From positions 2,015,438-2,079,437 of the forward strand of contig NC_083427.1 of assembly GCF_020745735.1 (NCBI RefSeq): 64,000 nt of DNA. Reading direction: 5' to 3'. Under the pieces are notes generated by a model. It had not been told where the DNA came from and did no database searches. It saw nothing but the letters and a program-made list of their open reading frames with translations. Origin of the DNA: Hemiscyllium ocellatum (Eukaryota). The translations under genes and the position numbers were made by a program. Shown piece after piece: positions 24,261-36,719 of the stretch (position 1 is its first letter; each line of letters opens with the position of its first letter).

Positions 24261-25849
24261 AAGGCAATCGGTAGCGTTCAAGGCAAGTGACTGAGCACTG
24301 CTGCTTCAGAGTAATCCGAAATAGTACCATTCCCACCCGAAATTGCTTTTAGAGAAAAGTGAAAGGTTATCTTTTCCCATAAACAAATCTCACTTAACAT
24401 TGTTTTATCTCATTTAGTTCAGAGATGACAGTACAAACCAGTGGAGCAGATGGGTGTGAATGCAGGCCTCGACAGCCCAGAGGAAGGCACATTGTCATTG
24501 TACCTTTCTACATCTTTTTTCTATGTTTTCTCAACAGCCTGTTTCGTTATGTCATTGCACACACCACGAGCAGGTGTGTGTTCCACTCGAGCCTGCTCGA
24601 TCAGATATACCTGTTCAAATTTATTAATTTTAATCTATAGAGACGTCATTACACACCCAGCAGGTGGGATGTGGGAACCGAGGATTTGAATCGATTTGAA
24701 CACGCACCTTTTGTACCACCAGTGCCGAGCAATTTACATTTTCATTTTAATTTTTCAATCAACCTATTCACAGATGCTATTATACACCGCTGGAGCTGAT
24801 GGGACCTCAAGTACGACCTGCTGGTTTAGAAATGCCTCTTTACATTGTAAAAGGAATTTTCTCATTGAACCGTTCAGTGATGTTATGGCACACCCTTGAA
24901 AAAAATTAAACTTGGTTTCAGAGCTTCCTGATTCAAACGTTCGTTACCTGGCATTTCACCCCAAAGCCCTCACTCTTCACATTTCATTTGGCAATGCGTG
25001 GAAGGGTCCTGAAGACCCAGTTAATATTCCAGAGGAAGCCACTGAGTTCAGTTGCCTCGAACTTGATTGTTCCAATTTAAAATAAGTGGTTCGCTGGTGC
25101 TTGTGGTCAAACCCTATTCCAGCTGAAAAAAAAACACATTGTATTCTCGAATACTTCTGGTTGCCACATTGCAATATTCCCACACTTCGGCATTTGGACG
25201 GCATGTACTGTCTGGTATAAGAATTCTTGTTTAATACAGAAAGGCTAAGATAGAGAAAGCGACAAAATGAGATAGTGGGAGTAAGAGAGGGAGAGAGAGA
25301 GAGAGAAGGAGAGAGGAAGACAAAGTTATGATGGGTACGTGGAAGTCTGAAAATCAGATGGAAACGAGAAAGCTGGGTTAGAGAAAGCTACTCAATGAAA
25401 AAGAGGTGGAGAGTGGCAGAGGGAAACAGTGAAAACATATCACGGAGGCTGATAGGGAAACCAGCGTTATCGTGCAAAAGAGACATTGTGCATTAAAATG
25501 TAATTGTAATGCCTTGGATTTTGGACACAAGCAACAATGTAGTTTATCCACGAATATTCCTTCATTTTAATAATGTAGAATCTGCTTCTGAATCCTGAAG
25601 TAAATTTTCGTTGCAGTTCACGAACACTTTATTTGCTTTATAAATTAATACTTCCCCTTTTATTTCATTCGTTAACTTCTGTGAATATCTGTTATCTTGG
25701 ATTAATAATTTTTAATCTACAGTTCGTTTATTTTACATTGCTATCTCCACTCAACCTCGAAATATTCTAGTTCAATAATCAGCACATTGAAATCAGCAAG
25801 GCAGTATTTCTTCAGCTAAGTAATCCGCAATCCAGTTCCTTAGATATAC

Positions 25850-26560
25850 TGCAGAACGCAATCTCCCCAGTCGAAGTCATTTTCCTAATCATTTGCTGCT
25901 TATGATCTTTTGTAAAGTCTCTGCACTTCCTCGCCATTCCTTCGTTGCCTGATTCTCACGCAGCTAACAAAGCATAACATTGCATTAATCATTTTCCCCT
26001 TGCAATGTACCTTTCTGGGCAGCAGTGTGTGCCAAACAGACACTTGTGAAACTGGAACGGTAGCAGAGCTGAAACCATTCGAACGCATGCCCGATCACAA
26101 TCTCATACATGTTCAGAAGTGCATCAGTACTCCTGTATTTCAAACCTTTAAAAATGAATGATAACATTAAGGTTGACTTCTTAACTGCCAATCAAACCAT
26201 TAAACAATCGATAACTAGGATTCCTTGTACTGTGGATTTCGGAAAACGTTCCCCAGTTGGAAAATGGCCGACTACTCTATTCAAAATACCAAAATGCATA
26301 AATTCATTTTTCCACATTGTGCTCCATCTCCTGCTTGTTTGTGCATTCTCCTAGCCTGTTCAAGTTGTTCTGAAGCTCCCCAGTTTCTCAAATCTACCTG
26401 TCCCTCCAGCAATCTTTGTGTCACATGCAAACTCAACAAAAATGGCATCAATTCATTCGTTAATATAAAAAAAGAATCGTTGTCGCCCAAGTACTGATAC
26501 CTCCAGGACTCCACTTGTGAACAATTGACATCTGAAAAGAAAGGGCCAAGTACTAGGAAG
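25850..26560 (-). mobile_element. Decayed CR1 LINE fragment
   Basis: ORF 25985-26191 AVKKSTLMLSFIFKGLKYRSTDALLNMY; ORF 26281-26514 PFLLSLHVTQ...LEQARRM. Confidence 0.75.
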
Positions 26561-27199
26561 TGGTATTACTGGAGATAGCTAAATGCCAACGCAATGGGGT
26601 AAACTGTATTTTCTGTTTTGCATGACTATTTACCTCTTGGGATAAGTCTAGATTGAGGGAACTGTTTTCCAGTTTTCTGTTGTAATTATGGAGATTGCAC
26701 GTTTAACTTTTATGCATGATGATATAGCCACTGCATGAATCACGATCATTTTCGTTACCCTGTTCAGTGTCAGCATGACGCCCACTGGGTTCCATTTTGC
26801 GAGGGCTACTCGATGCCACACTCCTTCCTTCAAATACTTTCTTGACATGCCGGGCAGTCAATTCCACCTCGTCTCTGGTACTCAGATTTTACTGCCAAAT
26901 CTGGGATAACTTGGTGATAAGGGCTAGAGCTGACTCCGTTTGACTAAACCGAAACTTATTCCGAGGCCAATCTTATTTGATGTATTTTCTTTCACTTCAG
27001 ATGAACTGGAGGAGAACTATCAAGCAGTAATTCGAGGATTGAATGTTGTCTGCCTTTACTGTACATGACCTGGCATAACCCAGCAAGTGTTTGCATTTTC
27101 GATTAGATACCGATATTTCAGCTTGACTTGGAGCTTAGAAATTATCGACATCCATTCTTCTCTCTGAGTGTTGTGTTATTATCAGAGGCCCTGGCCTTT

Positions 27200-28750
27200 T
27201 CATTATTCTGTGTCTCCTGTTGCTTTTTTTCATTCATAAGATGTGCACGTCACTGGCTGATCTCGCATTTATTTGTCATCTCTCGTTGCAGTTAAGAAAG
27301 TGATGGTGAACAGTTTTCTTCAATTGTTGCATTCCATGTGATGAAAATACAGCTCAATTTTTTGAAGGAGCACGCTCCAGGACTTTCTCACTGCTGCATC
27401 GCAGCAATGGTGATTTATTTATAGTTGTCGATGATGAGTGCCATAGAAGGGGACCTTCAGTTGGTGGCGTGCATGTGCAGCTGATGCCATTGTCTTCCAC
27501 CATTGAGGTCGACATTGAAAGGAGGTTACTATTTAAACACTCTTGATGAATTTCTTTCGTGCGGGTTGTACATTGTTCTTACTGAGTATCATGAAGGAAA
27601 GCAGTGAATGGTTGTAACTTTGTTGCCGATATAGTGATGTGTATTGTCGTGGATGGTGTCACCCTCCCTGAGTACTCTCAGAGTTGACTGATCCAGGGAA
27701 ATCAAGAATAATCTGTAGGAGGCCAACTTTGGTCATGCACGAGGCACTTCACACAAAGACACAATCCTGACCGTTCAGTAAGAGGCCAGTCCACTGTTTT
27801 CCACACCCTTGTAATCCTGCTGTGGGGTTTTGCCACAGCCAATCCAACAGCATACACATCTGTAGACACGAAGCGGCACATTTTTCTGTGGCAAATCAAC
27901 GAATCTTCACATCTATAGACTGTTGGGGAACCAACAGTAACACAAGGATAACTTGCAAACTCTCCACAGGCAATCACCAAGGGCTGATATCTGACCCAGT
28001 TAGTAATCCTTCAAATGAAGTGCATTTAATTGAACTGAAATAGCTTTAGTTTCACATGTGTGTGTATGTCTACAATTACAAGATTACAAGTCACCATATT
28101 CTGTCACATCTTAGGTACAAAACATCAATTTCCAGATACTTAAATATTTGTTATAGAATTAAAAAAGGTTTGGTATTAAAGAATAAATAGGAAACATAAA
28201 ATCCCCCTGCGCTGCTCTGAATTATTCCTTCATGCACGTGTAATTGAACAAGTGACGAACCCCTTTGATGATGGTTCTGGTAGATTGGCTATGCCAAATT
28301 ATGAGGTTGCTAGTTCGTTGGAGGACAACTTTCTGCTGATGATTCTCCATTTCGCTGCTTTGATGCTCCGTTTTGAGTTGCTACATCTATTCTATGTCGA
28401 TCACGTTTAGCAAGAGGACAATTGTACACAACACAAATGCAGTTATGATCACTATGGCAATGCTTTGTGCTATAACGACATGCCTGTGCATGGTCACTCT
28501 TATCAAAACTATCATAGCAAGGTACAACAGCAGCAGACATATTAATGAAGATGAGGTCAAGTATCTTTTTCCTCTTATCCGTCACCCCACCACCTGTTCT
28601 ATATGTTCCTACACTCCAGTTCTTCTCTCAATTCGTGCTGAACATGGTAGAGTACTGTTTGCTTGGACTGACGGGATTCACCTGCATATTGTTCACCTGA
28701 TGTCATGAGAATTCATGAACTGTAGGGTCAATGTCGCTCCTGACTGATTT
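27200..28750 (-). mobile_element. Decayed L2/Crack-like LINE (3' end plus endonuclease fragment)
   Basis: ORF 28310-28585 KILDLIFINMSAAVV..DSFDKSDH matches the APE C-terminal SDH motif. The 3' part resembles the element at 36.7-38.6 kb. Confidence 0.6.
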
Positions 28751-31379
28751 TCCACTGCGTCACCCACTCTGCTGTCTATGCCATATAAACGGAACATAAG
28801 TAGCTTCGATGTAGTAATGGGAGTATTTGGGGAATTGATTCTGTGCATGTGACAACGTCAGGCTCATTTCTCACTCATATGTGTATCAGTTTCTTCAATT
28901 TAGTTCTAATCGCCAGATACTCGGCCATGCATGTTCGACAGAGATGGGTTTGCTGTTGCCGTTTCCTCTGTCTTATTTGGTGACACTTGTCTGTCTGGTT
29001 TCAGCTGAGAAAATTCGTGGATTTGTTGCAACTGAACATTTTGTCGGGCCATTTCAAAATGCAGTTAAAAGTCCATCACATTTCTCAGGGCAATCAGAGA
29101 GGAAACTAAAGTTGTATTTTCCAATATATATGCTATAATACTAAAATATATTATTTGTTTTCCCTCTTTGATTGTCCTGAGACATTTGCGCGCACATTCT
29201 TTGTTGTAATAATGGAAAAAATATTGTCTTCCCTTCTAATGTTCCTTATTTCTGCTTCAAATTTACAGATCACCGAAGTAAGTCGGAGAGAAAGACAGCT
29301 TACAATAATTAAAGTTTGGTATTATTCCAAAGCGAAATATTCCAAAGATTACCGATTACAATTTACGTAAATTAGTCAAAAGGGCAGAAAGAAATTCATT
29401 TAAATAACATTAAGTTCTCTTAAAGTCAAACTATTTGTGCTGGAAACAAGCGGGTTTTTTTTCACCTAAATGGAGGATCCACTCAACATAAATGTAAATG
29501 ACACCTGAGTTCAAATTATTTTGTTCAATGCTGTTGCACACTGTTTCACAAAGATCCAGCCTATTCAAGCTTTACATAAATGTTAAGGACTGATGCATAC
29601 CATTGAAATAGGATGTTTTTCTTCCTGATAAAACACTCCTATAAAATTTCATGGAAGGCAATGAATATTGCGCCATGATAGATTTACGTCAGTCAAGAAC
29701 AGTTAACCTGAAATCATTTCACATTTCGTGACGAGGTTTAATAGTATTGATTTATTCTTTGGTTATTAAATGTGATCACAGACACTCGTTCCTACTTCCG
29801 ATTGGCCTCTCGTTCTCAGTTTGTTAAGATAGGTGAACGACATATCGTGTTGCAAAATCACGAAACGTTTACTTCCGGTTTGTGTTCTATACGAGTGTAG
29901 GATCGTGTGGCAGTGACGACCATCGACCAGTGACACCATTTGATACAGCAACTACAACTTGTATCAAGACACAATCTTAAAAAAAAGCGATTTAAACTGC
30001 TTGCTTAACTGCTTCTCTTAACTTGCATATTCAATTCTCCATGTTTCTCTGCACTGTTTTGAGAATTCCACATAAATGCAACAAACTAATGAACTGGCGA
30101 AATTGCAAAACATAAATCGAAATAAATTGAGAATAGATGACTGACAGCTCTTATGATTAGCCTGGATATTACAAGAGCACTATGGTTTCTTATCCTGGCC
30201 ATTATTAGTTATCAACGTTTCCACGAAATGAAACACGAAAAGCGTTCCTACCACATCCTTGAACTCATCAATCCGAATCTCAGAATGTCAGTCTTCCCAG
30301 ACATCTTGAATTTCTTTGCGACACAGCATTCAGGCGTTCCTATGGAACAAAAAAAACATAGAAGTAAGCTACAAAATAAATAGCAGAACAGACCAAAACA
30401 AGCATTAACGCCGGAAATAAATATTCATTTACTCTTTAGTTCGCATCACTATAGATTCCCTCTTCCGTATCCTGTAGACGGAAGAAATGATCGATGCTAA
30501 TGGTTGCTGCCAAATACATTAGTGATTCAAATCAGGAAATCTTCAATATAGCCTTTGCACTGAAAGATATGCAGTGACAAAAAAGCTAACTTTGTGCATT
30601 TCCCCTTTACAATGTATTGGACATTACATGCACTTTGATTCTGTCAGTCGCAAGATTGTTTCAAATTCCTAAACCTAGAAATGGTCTCAAGATTATCATG
30701 GCTACCCGGGAGTGAAACTGTCAAAACTGCCAAAAAGTTTCCAAGCTTGGATAAGCATTATTTGGGGTATTTCTTTTCCTGGTAGGTTTCGCTAACTTGA
30801 ATATAATTGAGAAAAATTCTAAGGCCCTTGGAAGAATATTTTTAGATGAGCTATTGACTTTCCGAGAAACACCAGGGAACAAACAACTTACATTGCCACT
30901 TGCAAAATATTTTTAGTTGTAGTTGAAATATGAATTGTATCCTTTATGTCAATACAATGTAATCTTTGAAAACTAATATCCACCAAAGTTAAAACGTGAA
31001 TTGATTTACACCAGAGTGTCAGAGTGACATTGTTTTAAAATGGGCAGCTTCCAGGACAGATGAAAAGTTCCTGTGTCATCTTAGCTATTAATGAAATGCA
31101 TGTTGTTCTTTGGACCTTAAAATTTGTTCTCGATCTTTCTTACAATAAAGTTTCATGAGACTTGCAGATAAGGCTCTATTTGGAGTGATGTATTTAAATG
31201 AACAGTCGCAAACAATTAAAACGTCTGTCGTCTTGCTATGTCTGAGCAATTCATTTGCATCTCATGCTAGGTTTTTATTAATCTTCACTGAGAACGTTTC
31301 TCATCTACGATTTTAAATGCAAAATTCTTTGTCGAACAACGCAGTGTTAAATTTCGTCAACATAATACACTGGATTATA

Positions 31380-31772
31380 ATAGATAAGGGTATAGAAAAG
31401 TTTTACAAGTATGCTACCAGGTTTACACGTCAGCAAAATACACAAGGGCTTTTCCCTATTGTGGTAAATTCAGAACAAGGGCATAGAATTAGCGCACGTG
31501 AGGGCAAATATTAAAATGGGGCCTAATGGGTAACGTTTTTCACTCAGTTGCTAATGCCTGTATGGAATTAACTGCTCGTGGAAGTGGAGGAGGCTGAAGA
31601 AATTACAGCATTAAAAGGTATCTAGGTGGATACATGAATATAAAATGCTTAGAGGGACATGTGCCACGTGCTGGGAAAAAGGATTAGATTAGGTTCAGAT
31701 ATCTGGTTGGCATGGGCGAGTTGAAATGAAAGGTCTGTTTCCATGCTGACTGTTATTTTAACTCTATGACTC
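31380..31772 (+). mobile_element. CR1 LINE 3' fragment
   Basis: gaacaagggcatag...gtttttcactcag...gggcgagttgaaatgaaaggtctgtttccatgctg...actctatgactc is a typical CR1 3' end and tail. Confidence 0.8.
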
Positions 31773-32699
31773 GAAATATGATGAAGTTTTATTTCTTTTA
31801 TCATTGAAGTGTTTTTTTACTAATCCATCGAATACATTTAGAACATGTTTATGGCTTTGTATTTCTGTCAACGATTAAGCTGGTAAAATTCAAACTGAAT
31901 TGTCAGACCCATGACGCCACACACAAATAAATACATATAGGTGTTAAATGCAGTCAAATAAATGGAATCCCTTCATCTAGGGAAATTTGAAGAGCTGTCA
32001 ATTGATGTGATATTTGACTTCGCTGTTGGGGTGTGTATGAGACATTGTTATGGTGAAAAAGTATGCAGAGTTAGTTGCCTTTGAGAAGCTGAAAATGAGT
32101 TCATTATTTGAACTTTTGAAATTTATGTCTTGTTGCTCCACATGCAACTATTTCTGGAAGGAATTTTCAAGTTATTGATTCACTGACAATTGAGGTCTGG
32201 TGGATAGTACTCCGTAACAGTGACTTGTATGCGATCTCCCTTCTGTTCGTGTTCCCTTGCTTATTATTTACTTTTAGTTCCAGACTACACAGTTCATTGG
32301 TTTGGAATGAAAGTGCTTAATGATTTAAATCATCTTAAAATGGAGAGCCACAGAAAAGCACTGAGTGAGTGTAGTAGAATTTCATGCACAGCAAAATCCA
32401 ATCTATAGTTCCAAATAATGCATTACAAACTGAACATCCAACGCTTGAGTGAATTCTACAAAAGAACGGGAAGTGTTCGAAAGAAACACCTGAGTGTGTC
32501 ATTCGACCAACAATTTGGGAATAGCATTTTCAACAGATTTATCTGGCGTTGCCATTTTAACAGAAAGCCAAAAACTGCGGATTCTGCAAATCTGGAAGTC
32601 GGAGAATCTCAGAAGAGTCGCTGTGTAGAAAAAGTCGACTTGTTGTTGAGAGTACAGAAATTCATATTCAGTAATCAGCTTTAGGCTAAAAAAAAAGAG

Positions 32700-33420
32700 C
32701 TCAGAAAAGAAAACTTCTGTGATGGGTAAGTGATTCCCCTTACTGTCCAAAGGTCAAAGAATGGGATACAGAAATGGTTCTACAGCTTTTGTTATTGTCC
32801 CAACAAGAAATTAAGAAAATAGCTGTTGAAACAAGTCTCAAAAAAATTGAAAACGTTCGTGCAATAATGTCATTTGAAAACTTTGAGAGTTACATTCTTG
32901 AAATGATCAAAAGAATTACGGATGCAAATATTACTTGGCATTATTGACTTCACATTTTCCCTCGATGCTTTAACGTAATGTCAATTTTCAGCATGGTGTC
33001 ATTTGAAAAATAATACTTTTACTTTTTTTAATGCTCCAGAAGTATTGTTAATGCAGCATTATTTTTAATGTCAAAACTGACATCAGTAAACAAAATGAAA
33101 CTTCAGTGTGTAATATCCGCTAAATTCAGTGCCGCTAAATTTTTAAAATCTACAGAACAGGAAACTGATTTAAACTAGTCCTACGTGACAGCACTTACTT
33201 CGTTAGCTCCTCTAATAGAAAACGAAATTTACTTCTTCCAAAATCTGGAACCGTTTCAGAGAAAACGAGATTAAGTAGTATAGTTATGTAAACACATTCC
33301 TGTTAAAATTTAATATGTGCTCACGTTGCCTAAAAAGGGAATCATAAGAACGCTGAGCAGTTTGTCCAGCTCAAAGTCATTCGAGTTAGTTTGAATAAAC
33401 AATAATGCAAAGTTATGATA
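32700..33420 (+). mobile_element. Possible very decayed hAT transposase C-terminal remnant
   Basis: At about 33315-33400, VLTLP then (after a frameshift) NAEQFVQLKVIR resembles the hAT dimerisation motif LLTLPVTSASAERSFSQLKLIK. The similarity is weak and judged by eye. Confidence 0.3.
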
Positions 33421-34479
33421 AAGTATTCTGAAATTAATTCAAAGAAGCCAATAAACAAGAGTTTCAATGCAATGATCATGTTATGGATATGAGAAACAGA
33501 TTGTTTCAATGACGTGCTTTCTACTATTCAGATGAACTTGGAAAACGGCCAAGAAATTCCCGAAGTATAATACTTTTTCTAGTTTTGAGGGCTTAATACA
33601 TGGTTTCGAATTTTTAAAAAAATCAGGTGTTCTGCTATAAGTCTTTAGCTCGGAATGTTCAAAATATTTCTGTCAGGATTCATTGAAGCAAAATAACTCG
33701 TAATTTAGCAGGAAGTCTGATATGTTGAGGCGCCATCAGAGTGCAGTTAGTATTCTGTGGTTAATTGATGCGTTCATATTTGATCTGAGGTACAGTATCT
33801 TGTGCCACCTAGTGATTAATGAGCGTATGTCAAACAATATGGGAGCCAAGGAACTGATGATAGCTGGTCAAATTCTGTGGTCCGTACCTCCATGAACTCA
33901 GATCATGTTTAAGTTGAATCTTGCATAAATCAGCCAATTTGGCAGGATATGGTATAACGCTATCTTGCAAAGATCTCGCCAACTTAGTTGTTATCATTTT
34001 AGTAATCTATTCAATTTTGAGAGAGATATCTCCAGATTTTGAATAGTGTTCATTGCGAAAAAAACCTCGACTCGAGAATGCCCGAGGCATAATTCAAAAT
34101 CATGACATCAAGATGACATGGTTACTCAAAAATCTATTCTCAAATTGTTGCCATTGGGATAGGTTGTGTTAAATAGCTCCCCACATTCTATAATGTACAG
34201 AAGACATGCGTTGTCTCAGCAAGCTGACTGACAAAATTTAAGTCTCATTACAAGCATTATTTTCTTTAAATTTTTGGATTGCACTTCCAATGACAATGGA
34301 AGGGCAGTGACCAGAAATAATGCAACATTGGCGAAATTCTCCACAGCAAAATATCACTTGCTCCGTATCTCAGTCCATTTTACTCATTTTTCTTCTTTCC
34401 TGCCATTCATCATACAGTCCCGACCGTGTGGAAGCTGAGCATTCGGCCAATGGAGCCCACAACCGACTGTCTGAAAGTA

Positions 34480-34690
34480 ACCCGGCCGACCCACACTCTG
34501 ATATCCCTGCAAGCCGGCATTTCTCATGGCTAATCCATATGTAATTTATATGACTGTGCGAGGTACCAAAGATTAAAAGTGAAGAGGGGAGAATGCACAA
34601 ACTCCACACAGACAATCGCCCAAGGTTAAAATCAAATGCTTGTCTTCAGTGGTCTTCGGCAGGAGTGCCATTCTCTGAGCCGCCATTAAA
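34480..34690 (-). mobile_element. HE1-like tRNA-derived SINE remnant
   Basis: ggagaatgcacaaactccacacagacaatcgcccaaggt matches the antisense core of shark HE1-type SINEs. Confidence 0.65.
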
Positions 34691-35100
34691 ATGACTCTTA
34701 ATAACCGAGAAACAAAAAGTCCTTTGTACCTTTGCACCTCTACTAAATCTGTGGTCGATCTTTTTATCTACGACCTCAATCTGTCTCTCTTTCTTTATCT
34801 CGCTGAATGCTGCACAACGCTGAATGTGCCTCGGAACTGGTTCACAGATTTCTTAATTACAGCAACATTAGTACAGGACAATATTCATTACCTCAGAGCC
34901 GGGCAGGTGAGATCATCACAGATCTTTTCAGGAAAACAAATGACCCATTCTGCTTGCAAATCTCACTATTTCCAATCACAAAGTCATTAAAAGTATCTGC
35001 CTCAGTCAGTAAGTCCGAATTATTCCTCATTTCGTAGCTTCAGGCCCACTCACAAACTATGTTCCGATCGCTCTCCAACAATCTACTCGCTTCTATCTTT
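34690..35100 (+). mobile_element. Decayed L2 LINE RT fragment
   Basis: ...SASVSKSELFLIS (ORF 34807-35037) resembles L2 LNIGKTEAIVF; the flanking DNA is also L2-like. Confidence 0.4.
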
Positions 35101-36379
35101 CTTTGCAATTCGTCTTCTTCATCATTCTTCAGATTCACAACCATAGAAAACGTTTGATCAAAAGGCTCGAGACAAGTGAATTAAGCTCAAGATGACAATT
35201 ATGCAATTCCTTCTGACTCGCGGACAGAGCACAATTTACGTACATACTGGCTCAAAACAGTTGGCATACCATGGTACTGCCTTGCTCACATAACCTCAGA
35301 CAAGTGTCAATGATTTTTCAGTGAAGAAACATGTAGAAAAAGTTAAAGGATTTCGCAATCTGATTTTTTTTTACTCGAACATAGAAATATTTCTCACACT
35401 TCTGCCGTATAAGCTACCCCCAGCCAGTACACGATCATCAAATAACTAATTACTGCAAGTTAACTTTTTTGTACTTGTATCCGTTTCCTGACCAATTCTC
35501 TTTGTTAAACAGGCAAGTAACGAGGGAGATGCATATACAGAAACTGCGCTTGCCTTCATTGTTTCTGTAACTTTATATAAAAAGCAATAGATCATGTCTG
35601 AAGGCAACCAGTCCAGTTTCTTTTGAATGCATTAGATTTTTTCGCTCTCTGACGTTGAAGAACAATTTCTATGTCTCAAATGAAATAAGAAGTTTGATTT
35701 TTGTCTGTAAGTGCTGGCCCTAGTCAGAAAGTGTGCGCTACAGGTAGAATGTGATTTTAAAAAATCGAAATACTCCACAAATGCATGTAATTCTGGACGT
35801 TGATTTTGAACATGTGCACATTTTACACAACGGTGTGATATATAAACTAATTCAGAAATAAACTGAGACCATAAGGACATCCGGGAGCAAATTGAAGATA
35901 GAAAATGCAAGATCTAACAAAAGAAATATCTGACATGCAATTAGATCTTGCTTTGGAATTGTTGCATGTTGGCACTTGAAAATGATCATTCAAACTCCCT
36001 GCCTCCAAGATAGCCTATGAAGAAGAATCACTGAAAAACATTGCATTTATTTTCCTTTCTCGAAACTATCTGCACAACACTCTGATTACTGGGAAGACAG
36101 GGCTAATGTATGACGGAAGATTAGAATGATTCGGTTTATATCCACGGATTAGAAAATGACGAATGAATGAATCCAAGCATTGAATATTTTAAGGAACGAG
36201 TTCAATATTATTCTGACGGACAAATGGGTAAGAGTGTATGGACAAAAACTGTAGCAGGCAGATTGTTTTTAAAGTTGTGACAGCGTGGAATCAGGCCATT
36301 CCATTCAGCAAGTCTATATCGACTTTCCGACCAGAACCCCACCCATACCCACATGCAACCCTTTCCTTGTGAGACTCCA

Positions 36380-36600
36380 TGTCCCAGGATTAATGCACAT
36401 CACCTACGCACCTTTGAACTTTATGAGCAATTTAGCCAGAACAATGCAGCTAAACTGTGCCTCTTTCAACTGTGGGAGGAAATTGGAGCACACGGTGGAA
36501 ATTCACACAGACATGAGGAGAAGGTGTAATCTCAACACCGACAGAACCCGAATGCAGAATTGAAACCAGGTCTCTGGTTTTGTGAGGCAGGAGATGGATA
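36380..36600 (-). mobile_element. HE1-like SINE
   Basis: tgtgggaggaaattggagcacacggtggaaattcacacagacatgaggagaagg...gaattgaaaccaggtctctggttttgtgaggcag matches the antisense HE1 SINE consensus. Confidence 0.8.
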
Positions 36601-36719
36601 ATGACCAATGGTGATATTAAATAGTGGATAAGATTGGAAAGGCCCAATAACCAACCATTTTGCTCCTATTGTCTATTTTTATCTAGTCATTTGTTGAATA
36701 TAGTTTTCGCTGGCTAATC

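Noticed and set aside
24573-24592. Minus strand GCTCGAGTGGAACACACACC (ARVEHTP) resembles the VNAR framework-1 start (ARVD/EQTP)
   Set aside because: Similarity stops after 7 codons. There is no Cys/Trp framework, leader, splice acceptor or RSS, and the 20-mer lies within local palindromes. Treated as coincidence unless TBLASTN extends it.
25160-25200. Minus-strand PNAEVWEYCNV resembling a kringle C-terminus, next to an AG...GT-bounded segment (about 25123-24947)
   Set aside because: The upstream WCY motif and final Cys are absent, and the AG...GT-bounded segment contains stops in all phases.
32922-32929. ATGCAAAT octamer (others near 1989, 43463, 49663, 54809) and a STAT-like TTCCCAGGAA at 8295
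   Set aside because: They are isolated, often inside repeats, and occur at about the frequency expected in AT-rich DNA.
34480-36600. tRNA-like boxes in SINE heads
   Set aside because: They are SINE-derived and degenerate, not functional tRNA genes. No rRNA or CRISPR-like arrays were seen anywhere in the window.
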